This document shows, piece after piece, positions 1 to 8,910 of a stretch of DNA of 35,259 bases (position 1 is the stretch's first letter; the number at the start of each line of letters is the position of its first letter). Where the stretch lies: positions 1 to 35,259 of IMG/VR virus record IMGVR_UViG_3300027909_000048. The stretch is one strand, 5' to 3'. The notes below the pieces were generated by a model. It ran no database searches. It was not told the DNA's origin and was given only the letters and a program-made list of their open reading frames with translations. The position numbers and the translations under genes are program-made. This stretch comes from a virus (taxonomy: Duplodnaviria; Caudoviricetes).

Positions 1-2
1 AA

Positions 3-590
3 GGGGAGCGTCCTCAGAAGTGGCGTCGAGAATGGGACGATGCTCTTAGTTCCATTGATCGTGCGTATCACGCTCTCGTGGCGTCCGGGATGCCTGCGGA
101 GGAGGCGAGGGGGATTCTTCCGCACTGCACGGCGACTCGTGTGGTCTGGGTGACCAACCTTCGCTCTCTGCTTCAGGAGGCTGGCAACCGGCTGTGTACG
201 CAGGCTCAGTTCCACTGGAAGATGGTCATGGGTCAGGTGGTCCGTGAGATCCGGCGGTATCCCGAACGTCTGCAAGAGACATGGGCTGCTGACTACGAGG
301 CTGCGACCAACGATGAGACCATCGAGTCTCTCAACAAGATCGCTCAGGAGCAGCGGGATCAGTTCACGCTGATTGCCGAGGCATTCAAGCCCGTGTGCTA
401 CGAGAAGGGGCGCTGTCCGTTCGGGGCCACGTTCGACCGGGTCTGCACCATCAAGGACAGGGTGCGCAGGTTCGCTGCCAAGGGAATTCCTAGCGATCAG
501 TGGGGAGTTCCTGACGAGCGGTTCCCACGTCATCATATCCGTACCGAGGAGTGGCTGCTCAATCCCGGCGCCGCTAGGAAGGTGGACTGA
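3..590 (+). CDS. thyX: FAD-dependent thymidylate synthase ThyX (5' truncated by window edge)
   Basis: The frame is open from base 3 (GERPQKWRREWDDALSSIDRAYHALVASG...). It carries the ThyX C-terminal signature Y..L...G.PAEEARGILP..T.T.....NLRSL......R....AQ and a C...G.C motif. Confidence 0.85.
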   Translation, partial: GERPQKWRREWDDALSSIDRAYHALVASGMPAEEARGILPHCTATRVVWVTNLRSLLQEAGNRLCTQAQFHWKMVMGQVVREIRRYPERLQETWAADYEAATNDETIESLNKIAQEQRDQFTLIAEAFKPVCYEKGRCPFGATFDRVCTIKDRVRRFAAKGIPSDQWGVPDERFPRHHIRTEEWLLNPGAARKVD

Positions 591-859
591 TGAAGGAGCT
601 CAGTTCTATCTCAATCTCGTCAGGCGTCAACGAGAACGGTGTGGGCTTCCTGACTGTCTCTTGCATCTCCACGGACAAAGAGATGTTCGTGGGGCAGCTT
701 GACCCGGAGACTGTTCGCAAGCTGGCGTTGGACTGGCTGGAGTCTGCGGAGGCTGCCGAACAGGATGCCGCAGTGTTCCGCCTGTTCAGGAAGATGGACA
801 TAGAGGACGCTGTGCTGGGCGCAGTGATCACAGAACTTCGCAACTCAAGGAGTGACTGA
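590..859 (+). CDS. hypothetical protein
   Basis: 89-aa ORF with TGATG coupling to thyX and to the next gene. Confidence 0.7.
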   Translation: MKELSSISISSGVNENGVGFLTVSCISTDKEMFVGQLDPETVRKLALDWLESAEAAEQDAAVFRLFRKMDIEDAVLGAVITELRNSRSD

Positions 860-1236
860 TGTTTGAATTTCAGAAGGGCGAGACCTGGTCGCTCACCGAG
901 GCCGTGTTTCAGGCTATCGGTGCAGCTTCGACTTGCTGGGAGCACATGGAGGGTACTGGCATCTTCCAGTCGAATCTTGCTCGAGAGATCGGTGAGGCGT
1001 TGATGGAAGAGGTGACCTCCTCGCTTACGCCGAACCTCGGGCTGGCTACCACTGAGGAGCTTCTGAAGGAACTGATCGCTCGTGGTGAGGTGTCAGCAAC
1101 CATCAACGAACATGCGCCTTTCTCAAGGGCTCTAGCGGGCTACGGTCACAACATGTTGCAGACTCTGCCTCGCTCCATGCTGCGTTACAAGACCACGGAG
1201 GGTGAGCGTGCTAATCGTTCCAATCATGGAGGGTGA
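859..1236 (+). CDS. hypothetical protein
   Basis: 125 aa, AAGGAG RBS, TGATG coupling. Confidence 0.7.
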   Translation: MFEFQKGETWSLTEAVFQAIGAASTCWEHMEGTGIFQSNLAREIGEALMEEVTSSLTPNLGLATTEELLKELIARGEVSATINEHAPFSRALAGYGHNMLQTLPRSMLRYKTTEGERANRSNHGG

Positions 1237-1330
1237 GTCGTGGCGGGTCTACACGAATCGTCTCGCCAAGCTCAATCGTGTGAGTAGGCGCCGCATCGTG
1301 CGCAGGCTGAAGAAGTTGGCTCGGGCGTGA
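1226..1330 (+). CDS. small basic hypothetical protein (34 aa)
   Basis: Read manually: MEGESWRVYTNRLAKLNRVSRRRIVRRLKKLARA. It fills the gap and ends in a GTGA overlap with the next gene. Confidence 0.45.
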   Translation: MEGESWRVYTNRLAKLNRVSRRRIVRRLKKLARA

Positions 1331-1572
1331 GCTTCGACTACAACCCGTACAAGCACATGGAGATCGTCTTAATCGAGACTGAAGGCGAAACCTCCAAGGG
1401 GCGTGGCCCCATCTCCGGATGGACGTGGCACTGTCACAGTTGCGGCGGGCACGGCAACATCCTTCGGGAAGAATTTGAGAGTCTTCAGATCATCTTCGTC
1501 GAGTGGCAGCTTCACATCTCCCAGTCGCACGGCTATCCCCCAGAGTTCTTCAAAGATTGGAGTACGTTCTAA
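1327..1572 (+). CDS. hypothetical protein, possible Zn-binding
   Basis: WTWHCHSCG ... H....H motif; TAATG coupling downstream. Confidence 0.65.
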   Translation: MSFDYNPYKHMEIVLIETEGETSKGRGPISGWTWHCHSCGGHGNILREEFESLQIIFVEWQLHISQSHGYPPEFFKDWSTF

Positions 1573-1850
1573 TGTTCTTTCGGGACGAGTGGAGCTTCAG
1601 TCTGGTGGAGGAGGACACGTCGTTGGGCGGGCCTGTGGATCCTCTGATGCCTCAGGACCTAGCGATGTACGTGCGTGGTCCTCGATCTCCCCGGATCGTG
1701 CTGACCATCACGCACAACGGCTCTGAGGTCTTCATCATGCGGACACGATCTCAGTCGCCCGATGAACCGATGGTGTGGTTCAGCCTTCTCGAGGACACGC
1801 ATCCTCTCGTGGCGCTGATGCGGGATGCGAACAGGAGGCGTGGTGGATGA
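1572..1850 (+). CDS. hypothetical protein
   Basis: ATG at 1572 overlaps the upstream TAA (MFFRDEWSF...). Confidence 0.6.
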   Translation: MFFRDEWSFSLVEEDTSLGGPVDPLMPQDLAMYVRGPRSPRIVLTITHNGSEVFIMRTRSQSPDEPMVWFSLLEDTHPLVALMRDANRRRGG

Positions 1851-1971
1851 TCTCCTGGGCGTGATTCGTGCCGTGGCGCTGGTCTTGTTGGGTGCTGGTC
1901 TCGGTGGTCTGATCACGTGGGCTTGTTGGGCTAGTTGGCGGTTGGTCAAACCTCGGAGGCGTGATGCCTGA
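1843..1971 (+). CDS. small single-pass membrane protein (42 aa)
   Basis: Read manually: AGGAGG RBS, then MDDLLGVIRAVALVLLGAGLGGLITWACWASWRLVKPRRRDA, a hydrophobic helix with a basic tail. Confidence 0.55.
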   Translation: MDDLLGVIRAVALVLLGAGLGGLITWACWASWRLVKPRRRDA

Positions 1972-2236
1972 GAGCGTTGAGTACGTGCATCTGAATCTGG
2001 CAGAGAAGCCTCGAGACGGCGAGTGCCTGGTCGAGCGCTACTGGGTCTTCCGGGCAGGGAAGGGGATCGCCTTCCATCGCACGCCTGGAACCAACTTCGT
2101 GTCTCCTCAATGCAACAGCAATCGGAGACTGGTGGAGCTATTGATCAAGAAGCTGTACCCGGGGCACGACATCATGCTGGTTCCTATCGTGTACCTAGGA
2201 AGGGACGGTAGGTGTGGCGCAAGCTCGAGACCCTGA
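1961..2236 (+). CDS. hypothetical protein
   Basis: GGAGG RBS; 91 aa with typical phage composition (YWV...SPQCNSN). Confidence 0.65.
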   Translation: MMPESVEYVHLNLAEKPRDGECLVERYWVFRAGKGIAFHRTPGTNFVSPQCNSNRRLVELLIKKLYPGHDIMLVPIVYLGRDGRCGASSRP

Positions 2237-2500
2237 GAGGCCCGTAGACGGTGCGCAAGAGGGGTCTGGGGGTTGGCGGCCTGGGAGCTCTGGGAGGCCA
2301 GCACGCCGACATCTGGCCACCGATGCGGGGCTTTCTAGGGTTGCTCGGTACAGCGGACGGGTGCGCAGTAGCGGTCCACCGAGGGCAGCCCCTCGAGGAC
2401 GGGTTGGTTCAGGGACGTTTCGTAGTGTTGATCGGGGTCGTGTGGTGCCCGTGGATGAGGTGGCGTTGCATGATCTTTCTAGAACCAAGGGAGATGCGTC

Positions 2501-3079
2501 ATGGGGATCGCAGAGGTCTACAAGGTCTACGTTGATGCGGATATGGACCTGGATCAAGACGAGGTGGGGGACTGGTTCAGGGAAGGTCTAGACGCCTTCG
2601 TGGAGGCTCGTGTGGCTCAGTTGGTCATGCGATGGAAGCTGATGAACGTCTACGTCGCCGGTGGCATGGAAAGGGAAGAGACTGCCAAGGTGTGTCGTCA
2701 GGTGGCTAGGAACTCGTGTTCGTGGCTGATGAAGATCATGGGGATGGAGGCGTACGACTGGACGTACCTGAACGGATCTGATCTCATGCCGGACAAGGAG
2801 TCGGAGGAGTATCGGCAGATCGCTCATGCGGCTGCGAGTCTGGACATCTCTGCGTGGCTGGGGCGGTGGAGGGAGGAGTGTCTCGCTCGAATGTCGTGGT
2901 ATTGCACGATGGCTGACAGGGCTCTTGATGCAGGTGTTCCTCAGAAGACGGCCGCACGTAAGTTGACTAATCGAGTAGCTCACGCCCTCAACAGAGAGAT
3001 AGATGGTGTCCTTCATGCGCTCCACCAGGATAATGCGAAGCCGAAGAGGCGACAGAAGGGTGTGGCGGAGGAGGAGTAG
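2501..3079 (+). CDS. hypothetical helical protein
   Basis: 192 aa, GGAG RBS upstream. Confidence 0.7.
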   Translation: MGIAEVYKVYVDADMDLDQDEVGDWFREGLDAFVEARVAQLVMRWKLMNVYVAGGMEREETAKVCRQVARNSCSWLMKIMGMEAYDWTYLNGSDLMPDKESEEYRQIAHAAASLDISAWLGRWREECLARMSWYCTMADRALDAGVPQKTAARKLTNRVAHALNREIDGVLHALHQDNAKPKRRQKGVAEEE

Positions 3080-3239
3080 GCATCATCTTCATCCCTACGT
3101 TTGTCCAGTCTGTGGCTCAGTGAAGATGATACTGGTTCAGGGCGGCGGAATTGTGGGGACGAATGCTAGCGACGTAAATCGAAGGATAGGCTGTTTCGAG
3201 TGCGGCTTGGAAATTTGCTGGCCCGGAGGGCGCACGTGA
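3060..3239 (+). CDS. small Zn-ribbon protein (start uncertain)
   Basis: CPVCG ... CFECG cysteine pairs. Confidence 0.45.
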   Translation: MWRRRSRHHLHPYVCPVCGSVKMILVQGGGIVGTNASDVNRRIGCFECGLEICWPGGRT

Positions 3240-3247
3240 GGGCGCAA

Positions 3248-3439
3248 GTGTGTCGTGCGAACGAGCGAGCCAGCATGCCTGGTCAGCCAACCGACTACTA
3301 GGCGTCTTAGAAAGACTTTCACGGTGTACGCAATGCCTGCGGGCATCGGTACACGTGTACGGGATGCGACAGTCTTCTGTTTAGGGCCTAGGGGCGGTGT
3401 CGGCCTGCGGGCGTTGGCTCGCACGCTCGCACGTAGCAC
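3248..3439 (+). other. long imperfect inverted-repeat (rod-like hairpin) non-coding element
   Basis: 3254-3274 pairs with 3413-3433 (18/21 Watson-Crick). Nested inner stems: GCCTG/CGGGC, CTAGGC/GCCTAG, AGAAAGACT/AGTCTTCT, GTGTAC/GTACAC, ATGCC/GGCAT. Confidence 0.7.
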
Positions 3440-3448
3440 GGTAGTCGG

Positions 3449-3646
3449 ATGTTGTCGTGGTTTCGAGGAAGGATTGTTGTGCTTCAGAACGAACGGTTCT
3501 ACAAGTCGTTGTTCACTGTCGAGATCGATGTGTACGGAACTCTGGGTCAGGCGTCTGGGCTTAGGGACAAGCTCACTCGTGAACTGGAGCTCAAGTACGG
3601 GGCTGGTCGGGTCCGTGTGGAGTTCGTCAACGTAGAGGAGGTGTGA
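3449..3646 (+). CDS. hypothetical protein
   Basis: 65-aa ORF directly upstream of the resolvase. Confidence 0.55.
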   Translation: MLSWFRGRIVVLQNERFYKSLFTVEIDVYGTLGQASGLRDKLTRELELKYGAGRVRVEFVNVEEV

Positions 3647-3649
3647 TTC

Positions 3650-4192
3650 GTGTACTCGGGCATGGGCAGGGGCCTACTGAATGTCGTGTCGATAGATCCT
3701 GGTGGGTTCACCGGGTGCCAGTCGGTCATCGTTCCGCTCCTGGATGGGGCGCTGCGGTATCCGTATCTCGAGTCTCTTGATCGTGCACGTGCGCTAGGCA
3801 TGACGCACGGCATCGAGGTGACGGATGACAGGTGGTGGGAGCATGCTGGGGTTCTCATTAAGGCTGTGATGCATCAGCGGGCGTGGGTGGCTGGCAAGGC
3901 TCGAGATCTCGGATACGAGGGGTATCGTCAGGTTCTGATCGTAGAAGGGTTCAGCGGGGAGGCTGGGGCGTTCAAGGGTGATCCGTTCAGTCCGGTGCGG
4001 ATAGAGTCTGTGCTGTACTTTCATCTACGAGACATCGTGGAGGAGTATCGGGCGCCTCTCCCGGCGGAGAAGGGACAGATCACCAATGAGCGTCTCAAGC
4101 TGTGGGGATGGTGGGCAGCGGGGAAGCCTCATCTGTGTGATGCGAGGAGGCACATGATGGTGTATCTGCGATCACTCGACGTTTCGCCGTAG
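3650..4192 (+). CDS. RuvC-like Holliday junction resolvase
   Basis: RNase H-fold acidic motifs VSIDPGGFTG, LIVEGF and HLCDARRH; GGAGG RBS. Confidence 0.75.
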   Translation: MYSGMGRGLLNVVSIDPGGFTGCQSVIVPLLDGALRYPYLESLDRARALGMTHGIEVTDDRWWEHAGVLIKAVMHQRAWVAGKARDLGYEGYRQVLIVEGFSGEAGAFKGDPFSPVRIESVLYFHLRDIVEEYRAPLPAEKGQITNERLKLWGWWAAGKPHLCDARRHMMVYLRSLDVSP

Positions 4193-4196
4193 CTCG

Positions 4197-4397
4197 ATGA
4201 GTGAGGACGGAATTCCGGATCCTGTCAAGTGGGATGGGGCATGGCTCCGATGGGACTGTCCTGAGGAAGGATGCGAGTGGCGTTACTGTGCGACTCAACA
4301 GTCTCTGGCCTATCGTCACGTCAAGGCGTTCAAGAAGCACTGGCTGAGAGATCATGGTCAACTGAGATTGCCATGGGAGCAGTTGAGCCTGTTCTGA
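4197..4397 (+). CDS. small C2H2-like Zn-finger protein
   Basis: CPEEGCEW ... H....H pattern. Confidence 0.55.
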   Translation: MSEDGIPDPVKWDGAWLRWDCPEEGCEWRYCATQQSLAYRHVKAFKKHWLRDHGQLRLPWEQLSLF

Positions 4398-4427
4398 TTG
4401 CTTCACCTGTGCGGTCGTCGGTACCCT
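4398..4427 (+). promoter_or_regulatory. putative late promoter (leaderless-type)
   Basis: TTGCTT-N18-TACCCT, 6 nt before ATG 4434, which has no Shine-Dalgarno; same layout as 12274-12303. Confidence 0.5.
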
Positions 4428-4433
4428 GACGCC

Positions 4434-4697
4434 ATGCCCGATTCTGGACCCGCTTCTGAGTTCGGTGGTGCTGTCCGATCTCGTGTCGGCATCCAGCCCA
4501 CGCCGCCTCACGTCCTCACCGCAGAAGAGCGCCTGCGTTTGATCTACTTGACCGGTCAGGACACCGAACTGCTCGCTCCTGATCCTGAGCTCGAGTCTTT
4601 CCACGGGCTGAACTTGGAGCCTGTCCAGCGAGCGATCAGGGAGCAGGAGGGCGTTCTCGAGAAGGGCCAGTACGATGTCTTTGACGCAACCAGCTAA
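4434..4697 (+). CDS. hypothetical protein, first gene of the packaging operon
   Basis: ATG at 4434; overlaps the TerS start. Confidence 0.55.
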   Translation: MPDSGPASEFGGAVRSRVGIQPTPPHVLTAEERLRLIYLTGQDTELLAPDPELESFHGLNLEPVQRAIREQEGVLEKGQYDVFDATS

Positions 4698-5136
4698 GCC
4701 CAAGAGGCGAACGATCCAGTTGGGTCTGCGGAATTCTGCGACTCTTGCTGGTGAGTCTCTTGACGAGTGGAGCGACGAAGAACTCCAGCGGGGTCAGCGA
4801 AAGTCTCGACGTGGTACGTGGGAGGGGCGTCCGCCGAAGGTCGTTCCCAAGCGGCTTCACGATGAGCTCGTGCGCCGTCAGATGTCCAAGGCCAACGAGC
4901 TACTTCGGGACAACCTCGTGGGCGCTACAGAGATCCTCATCGGGATCGCCCAATCGATGGACACAGACGATGCTGTGCGCCTCAAGGCTGCGACCATCAT
5001 CATGGAACGTGTGCTGGGCAAGACTCCTGAGAAGGTCGAGGTCTCTGTGCAGCGTTCGCCGTTCGAGACGTCTCTCGATTCCGTCTTCGTCACACGAGAC
5101 GTGATTGACGTGGAGCCGAAGGACGATGCGGCGTAA
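4675..5136 (+). CDS. probable terminase small subunit
   Basis: Lies upstream of TerL. C-terminal D..VRLKAA..I.ER..GK..EKVEV motif typical of TerS-like proteins; GRPP motif. Confidence 0.6.
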   Translation: MSLTQPAKPKRRTIQLGLRNSATLAGESLDEWSDEELQRGQRKSRRGTWEGRPPKVVPKRLHDELVRRQMSKANELLRDNLVGATEILIGIAQSMDTDDAVRLKAATIIMERVLGKTPEKVEVSVQRSPFETSLDSVFVTRDVIDVEPKDDAA

Positions 5137-5353
5137 TCCTCCGGAGCGCAAGCATCACCCGATGCGTCAGTTCCACTTGCTCGTGGATGAGCACATGCTT
5201 CACAATCTTCTTCAGGTTGACGATGATGCGCCTTCTGCGTACGACCGGCTCACGCATGACAGAATCCCCAGTCATTACCCCGAGTTTCTGGACATCTACA
5301 CGTGGGGCGTGGGTGGTCACACACTGACTCGGGAGCAGTACGATGCCTCTTGA
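5126..5353 (+). CDS. hypothetical protein
   Basis: Overlaps both neighbours, filling the gap. Confidence 0.5.
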   Translation: MRRNPPERKHHPMRQFHLLVDEHMLHNLLQVDDDAPSAYDRLTHDRIPSHYPEFLDIYTWGVGGHTLTREQYDAS

Positions 5354-5528
5354 GAAGGGTTCGTCTAACAAGGTCGTCTCCAGAAACATCTCGACACTTG
5401 TTCATGAAGGGCGTCCGCAGAAGCAAGCGATCGCCATCGCCATGCGCAAGGCGGGCAAGAAGAAGAAGGCAGCGAAGCGGAAGACCAGAGCCAGAGCGAG
5501 GCGGTCACGTGGTCGCCGCCGTCGCTGA
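5343..5528 (+). CDS. small very basic phage protein (MPL.KG.S...IS.NI...QKQAIAIA family)
   Basis: Recognisable motif plus an Arg/Lys-rich tail; GGAG RBS. Confidence 0.65.
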   Translation: MPLEKGSSNKVVSRNISTLVHEGRPQKQAIAIAMRKAGKKKKAAKRKTRARARRSRGRRRR

Positions 5529-7014
5529 TGATGGTCCTGAGGTAGAGCTCAATCTAGCTGCTGCCTTCGAGGCGATGCGCTACGAGCCTCACGCTGCACA
5601 GCGCAAGGTGCATCGCAGCTACGCACGTCACCGTGTGCTGGACGCTGGGCGCCGCCTGGGCAAGTCCGTGATCGGTGGGCACGAGCTCACTGCTGCCATG
5701 TATCGGGCCTACGCTGAGCGACGTGCGCTCACTGAGCTCGGCCTGCGTCGTGAGTACTGGATCGTTGGTCCTGAGTACACGGACAGCGAGAAGGAGTTCC
5801 GTGTTCTCTGGAATGACCTGAGCAGGTTGGGTGTTCCGCTCGACAAGCCGGGTTCGTACAACAATCCAGAGGGCGGCCAGATGGTCGTCTCGTGCTTCGA
5901 CAAGCGGTTTATCGTGCACGCTCGCTCGGCGAAGTATCCGTCCACTCTCGTTGGCGAGGGCCTCTCTGGTGTCGTGCTGGCTGAGGCTGCGAAGCTGAAG
6001 GAGACAGTCTGGACTAAGTACATCCGACCGGCGCTGGCTGACTTCAAGGGCTGGAGCATCCACTCGTCTACTCCTGAGGGCAAGAACTGGTTCTACGAGG
6101 GTTGGCTCAGAGGCAAGGATCCTCAGCAGCCTGAATGGGATTCGTGGAGGATGCCTTCGTGGTTCAATCCGTACGTCTTCCCGAAGGGCGGAACCACTCG
6201 AGGATACAAGGCGTTCATGAAGCTTCTCGAGGGCGGTCGCATTCCTCAGGTTGAGCGTGAAGCGCTGTGGCAACTCGTGGCTGATGAGCTCGATGAAGAA
6301 GTCATCAGCATGGGTCGGGAGATGTCTGCTCAGAAGTTCGAGCAGGAAATCGCCGCTGGCTTCACTGATTTCGTGGGTCGAGTGTTCAAGGGGTGGGACG
6401 AGGAGATCCATGTCACGGACCTTCAGTACGACCCTAGATACCCCGTTTATCTGGCGATTGACTTCGGATGGACCAACCCGTTCGTATGCCTGGCTGTGCA
6501 GGTGGACGTCTTCGACCGCTGCAACGTCCTAGCCGAATATCGCTGCACCCACAAGGACATCGGAGAGATTGCAGCCGAGCTAGAACGTGTGCCGTTGTTT
6601 CGAATGGCGAAGGCGATGTACCCTGACCCGGCAGAGCCGCAGGACGCAGCGGTGATCAGCAAGGTGCTGAAGGTTCCGACCAAGGGGAACACAGGTGGAC
6701 TCCTCAAGCAACGACTCGAGCTCATCCGAAGAGCGCTCAAGGTCGTTCCTGAGCACGCTCCAGATGACGACCCGGACAAGCGACCCCAACTCCTCGTTGA
6801 TCGACGCTGTTACGGACTTATCTACGAGATGGGCGAGTACAGATACCCCGAGAACAAGAGCGAGATCAGGCCAGACCCTGAAGAGCCTCTCGATAAGGAC
6901 GATCACGGGCCAGAAGCGCTCGGTCGTTTCTTCAGAGGATACTTCGGGCCTCCTGGTGCCCCTCCCGGCGGCAAGCTACGTGCTCGAGTTAGGACAGCAA
7001 GCGTAAGTCGCTGA
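5509..7014 (+). CDS. terL: terminase large subunit
   Basis: Q-motif PHAAQ, Walker A GRRLGKS, variant Walker B VVLAE, coupling motif STPEG, nuclease motifs AIDFGW and [13 protein letters not shown]. The start is likely GTG 5509 rather than 5302. Confidence 0.93.
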   Translation: MVAAVADDGPEVELNLAAAFEAMRYEPHAAQRKVHRSYARHRVLDAGRRLGKSVIGGHELTAAMYRAYAERRALTELGLRREYWIVGPEYTDSEKEFRVLWNDLSRLGVPLDKPGSYNNPEGGQMVVSCFDKRFIVHARSAKYPSTLVGEGLSGVVLAEAAKLKETVWTKYIRPALADFKGWSIHSSTPEGKNWFYEGWLRGKDPQQPEWDSWRMPSWFNPYVFPKGGTTRGYKAFMKLLEGGRIPQVEREALWQLVADELDEEVISMGREMSAQKFEQEIAAGFTDFVGRVFKGWDEEIHVTDLQYDPRYPVYLAIDFGWTNPFVCLAVQVDVFDRCNVLAEYRCTHKDIGEIAAELERVPLFRMAKAMYPDPAEPQDAAVISKVLKVPTKGNTGGLLKQRLELIRRALKVVPEHAPDDDPDKRPQLLVDRRCYGLIYEMGEYRYPENKSEIRPDPEEPLDKDDHGPEALGRFFRGYFGPPGAPPGGKLRARVRTASVSR

Positions 7015-7063
7015 TGCGGCAACGAACCGGGCAGAGGCCCAACGGTTCCTAGAAGGAGACCAG

Positions 7064-8644
7064 GTGGTCCTCGCACCGCAAGACTTCACGCCCTACTCGA
7101 CTGCGAAGCCGCTAGTGGGTTCAGCGCCTCTGTGGCTGGCCGACCCGCTCGAGCAGCTACGAGTTCAGAGCTACTCGCTATACGAACAGATCTACTGGAC
7201 TGTGCCTCAGGCGTTCAAGGTCGTGCAGAGAGGCAAGGACACTCAGCCGATCTACATCCCAGCCGGCCGACAGATCGTGGAGACGCTCAACCGCCATCTG
7301 GCTCGCAATCTTCAGGTGACTGTTGACCCGCTGTTCGGTACGACGCAGGAGCAGACGCTCGCTCAGCAGGTCTGGGATGATCTTGCCAAGCGAGAGCGCT
7401 TCTACAGCAAGTTCGCAGGGAGCAAGCGCTACGGCATCATGCGAGGCGACTGGGCATTCGCCATCACGGCAAGTGATCAGCGGGCGCCGGGCACAAGAGT
7501 TTCCATCGAGACGATCGACCCAGGTGGGCTGTTCCCCATCTGGAGCACTATCGATCTAGACACCATCGTGGGTTGGCACGTCGTCGAGCAGTACACCGAC
7601 AAGAACGGTGACTCTCGTATCAAGCGCAGAACGTGGCGCAAGGTGACAGGCATGGGCGGACCTTCTGCCATCACGTACGAGGTCGGCGTCTTCGAGATGG
7701 ACGCCTGGGGCGGTCCAGGCATGAAGGAAGAAGACGAGAAGCCCATCGGCGGTGAGCCTGTTGAGGTTCCTCAAGTCACGCTTCCCAACCCCATCGACGA
7801 TCTTCCGATCTACGTCATCCAGAACTTCAACCAGCCCGGCTTCCTTTGGGGCTCCTCAGAAATGAGGGGTCTGGAGATCGTGTTGAGCGCCATCAACCAG
7901 TCCATCAGTGACGAGGATCTCGAGCTCGTCATGAACGGGCTAGGCACCTACGCCACGAACGCTGGAGCACCCATCGACCCGGACACTGGAGAAGAGCTTC
8001 CCTGGGGTCTCGGCCCCGCCAAGGTCGTCGAGATTCCTGGAGACGCCAAGTTCGAGCGGGTCTCCGGCACGTCCACCGTGGCTCCGTATCAGGATCACCT
8101 TCGATACCTTCACGCTCAGCTTGACCAGACAGTCGGTCACAGCGATGTGGCGAAGGGCAAGGTGGACGTCACGGTCGCAGAGTCCGGCGTGGCGCTGCTG
8201 ATCCAGATGGGTCCTTTGCTGGCTGTGGCAGACGAGAAGGAACAGATCATCACGGACGTGCTGAACAACCTCTTGTTCAACATCCCGAAGTGGTTGGTCG
8301 CCTACGAGGGCGGCACGTTCAGCTTCATGGTCTCCGAAGTGACGGCTCCTGGTGAATCCACCGGCACCCGCCTCACCCCGCAGTACGGCGAGAAGCTTCC
8401 CGAGAACAAGGACAAGCGAATCGATCAGTTGTTCAAGGCTCTCGAGGCCAAGGCTGTCGGTCTCAACTTCGTCTGGAGCGAACTGCGGCGTCTAGGTTGG
8501 AAGTTGCCTGACGATGCGACGATGCTGCAGATGGTCGCAGAAACGAAGGCCCTGACTGAGCCTGCGGATCCCTTCGCTGATCGATTGGATGATGAGCTCC
8601 AGGACGCTGGCGCCGGTCTCAACGGCAATGGTGACGGCTCATGA
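7064..8644 (+). CDS. portal protein
   Basis: 526 aa directly after TerL; SPP1-like portal features (G.SE..GLE..L..IN..ISD, AESGVAL); AAGGAG RBS. Confidence 0.88.
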   Translation: MVLAPQDFTPYSTAKPLVGSAPLWLADPLEQLRVQSYSLYEQIYWTVPQAFKVVQRGKDTQPIYIPAGRQIVETLNRHLARNLQVTVDPLFGTTQEQTLAQQVWDDLAKRERFYSKFAGSKRYGIMRGDWAFAITASDQRAPGTRVSIETIDPGGLFPIWSTIDLDTIVGWHVVEQYTDKNGDSRIKRRTWRKVTGMGGPSAITYEVGVFEMDAWGGPGMKEEDEKPIGGEPVEVPQVTLPNPIDDLPIYVIQNFNQPGFLWGSSEMRGLEIVLSAINQSISDEDLELVMNGLGTYATNAGAPIDPDTGEELPWGLGPAKVVEIPGDAKFERVSGTSTVAPYQDHLRYLHAQLDQTVGHSDVAKGKVDVTVAESGVALLIQMGPLLAVADEKEQIITDVLNNLLFNIPKWLVAYEGGTFSFMVSEVTAPGESTGTRLTPQYGEKLPENKDKRIDQLFKALEAKAVGLNFVWSELRRLGWKLPDDATMLQMVAETKALTEPADPFADRLDDELQDAGAGLNGNGDGS

Positions 8645-8910
8645 TGACTCCGGAGCAAGAGAAGACGCTGGAAGCTCTGAGGGTCGCCATCAACGACCAC
8701 CTATCTCAGATGGGCTGGCTTAGCGAGCACAAGCTCTTGAGCGAGTTCGTGGTCGTTAGCTGCGCAGAGACGTTCACTCCGGGAGAAGACAAGGGGAATA
8801 CCTACTACCTCACTCAATCGTCAGTAACGCTGCCATTTCATCACGTGGTTGGTCTCCTACACTGCGGCCTGAAGTGGCAGTACGACGAGGACAGAGAGGA
8901 GGAGACATGA
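8641..8910 (+). CDS. hypothetical protein
   Basis: ATGA coupling to portal; P.H...GLL motif. Confidence 0.65.
   Translation: MMTPEQEKTLEALRVAINDHLSQMGWLSEHKLLSEFVVVSCAETFTPGEDKGNTYYLTQSSVTLPFHHVVGLLHCGLKWQYDEDREEET

Noticed and set aside
2214-2591. Competing ORFs 2214-2591 and 2251-2535
   Set aside because: A small gene probably lies here, but I could not determine the frame or start; the 2214 frame is Arg/Gly low-complexity.
5302-5508. N-terminal extension of TerL in the ORF track
   Set aside because: It overlaps the well-formed 5343-5528 gene; GTG 5509 is the more plausible start.
7030-7054. Small hairpin GAACCG...CGGTTC between TerL and portal
   Set aside because: It is short, bulged and has no U-tract, so it is too weak to call as a terminator.
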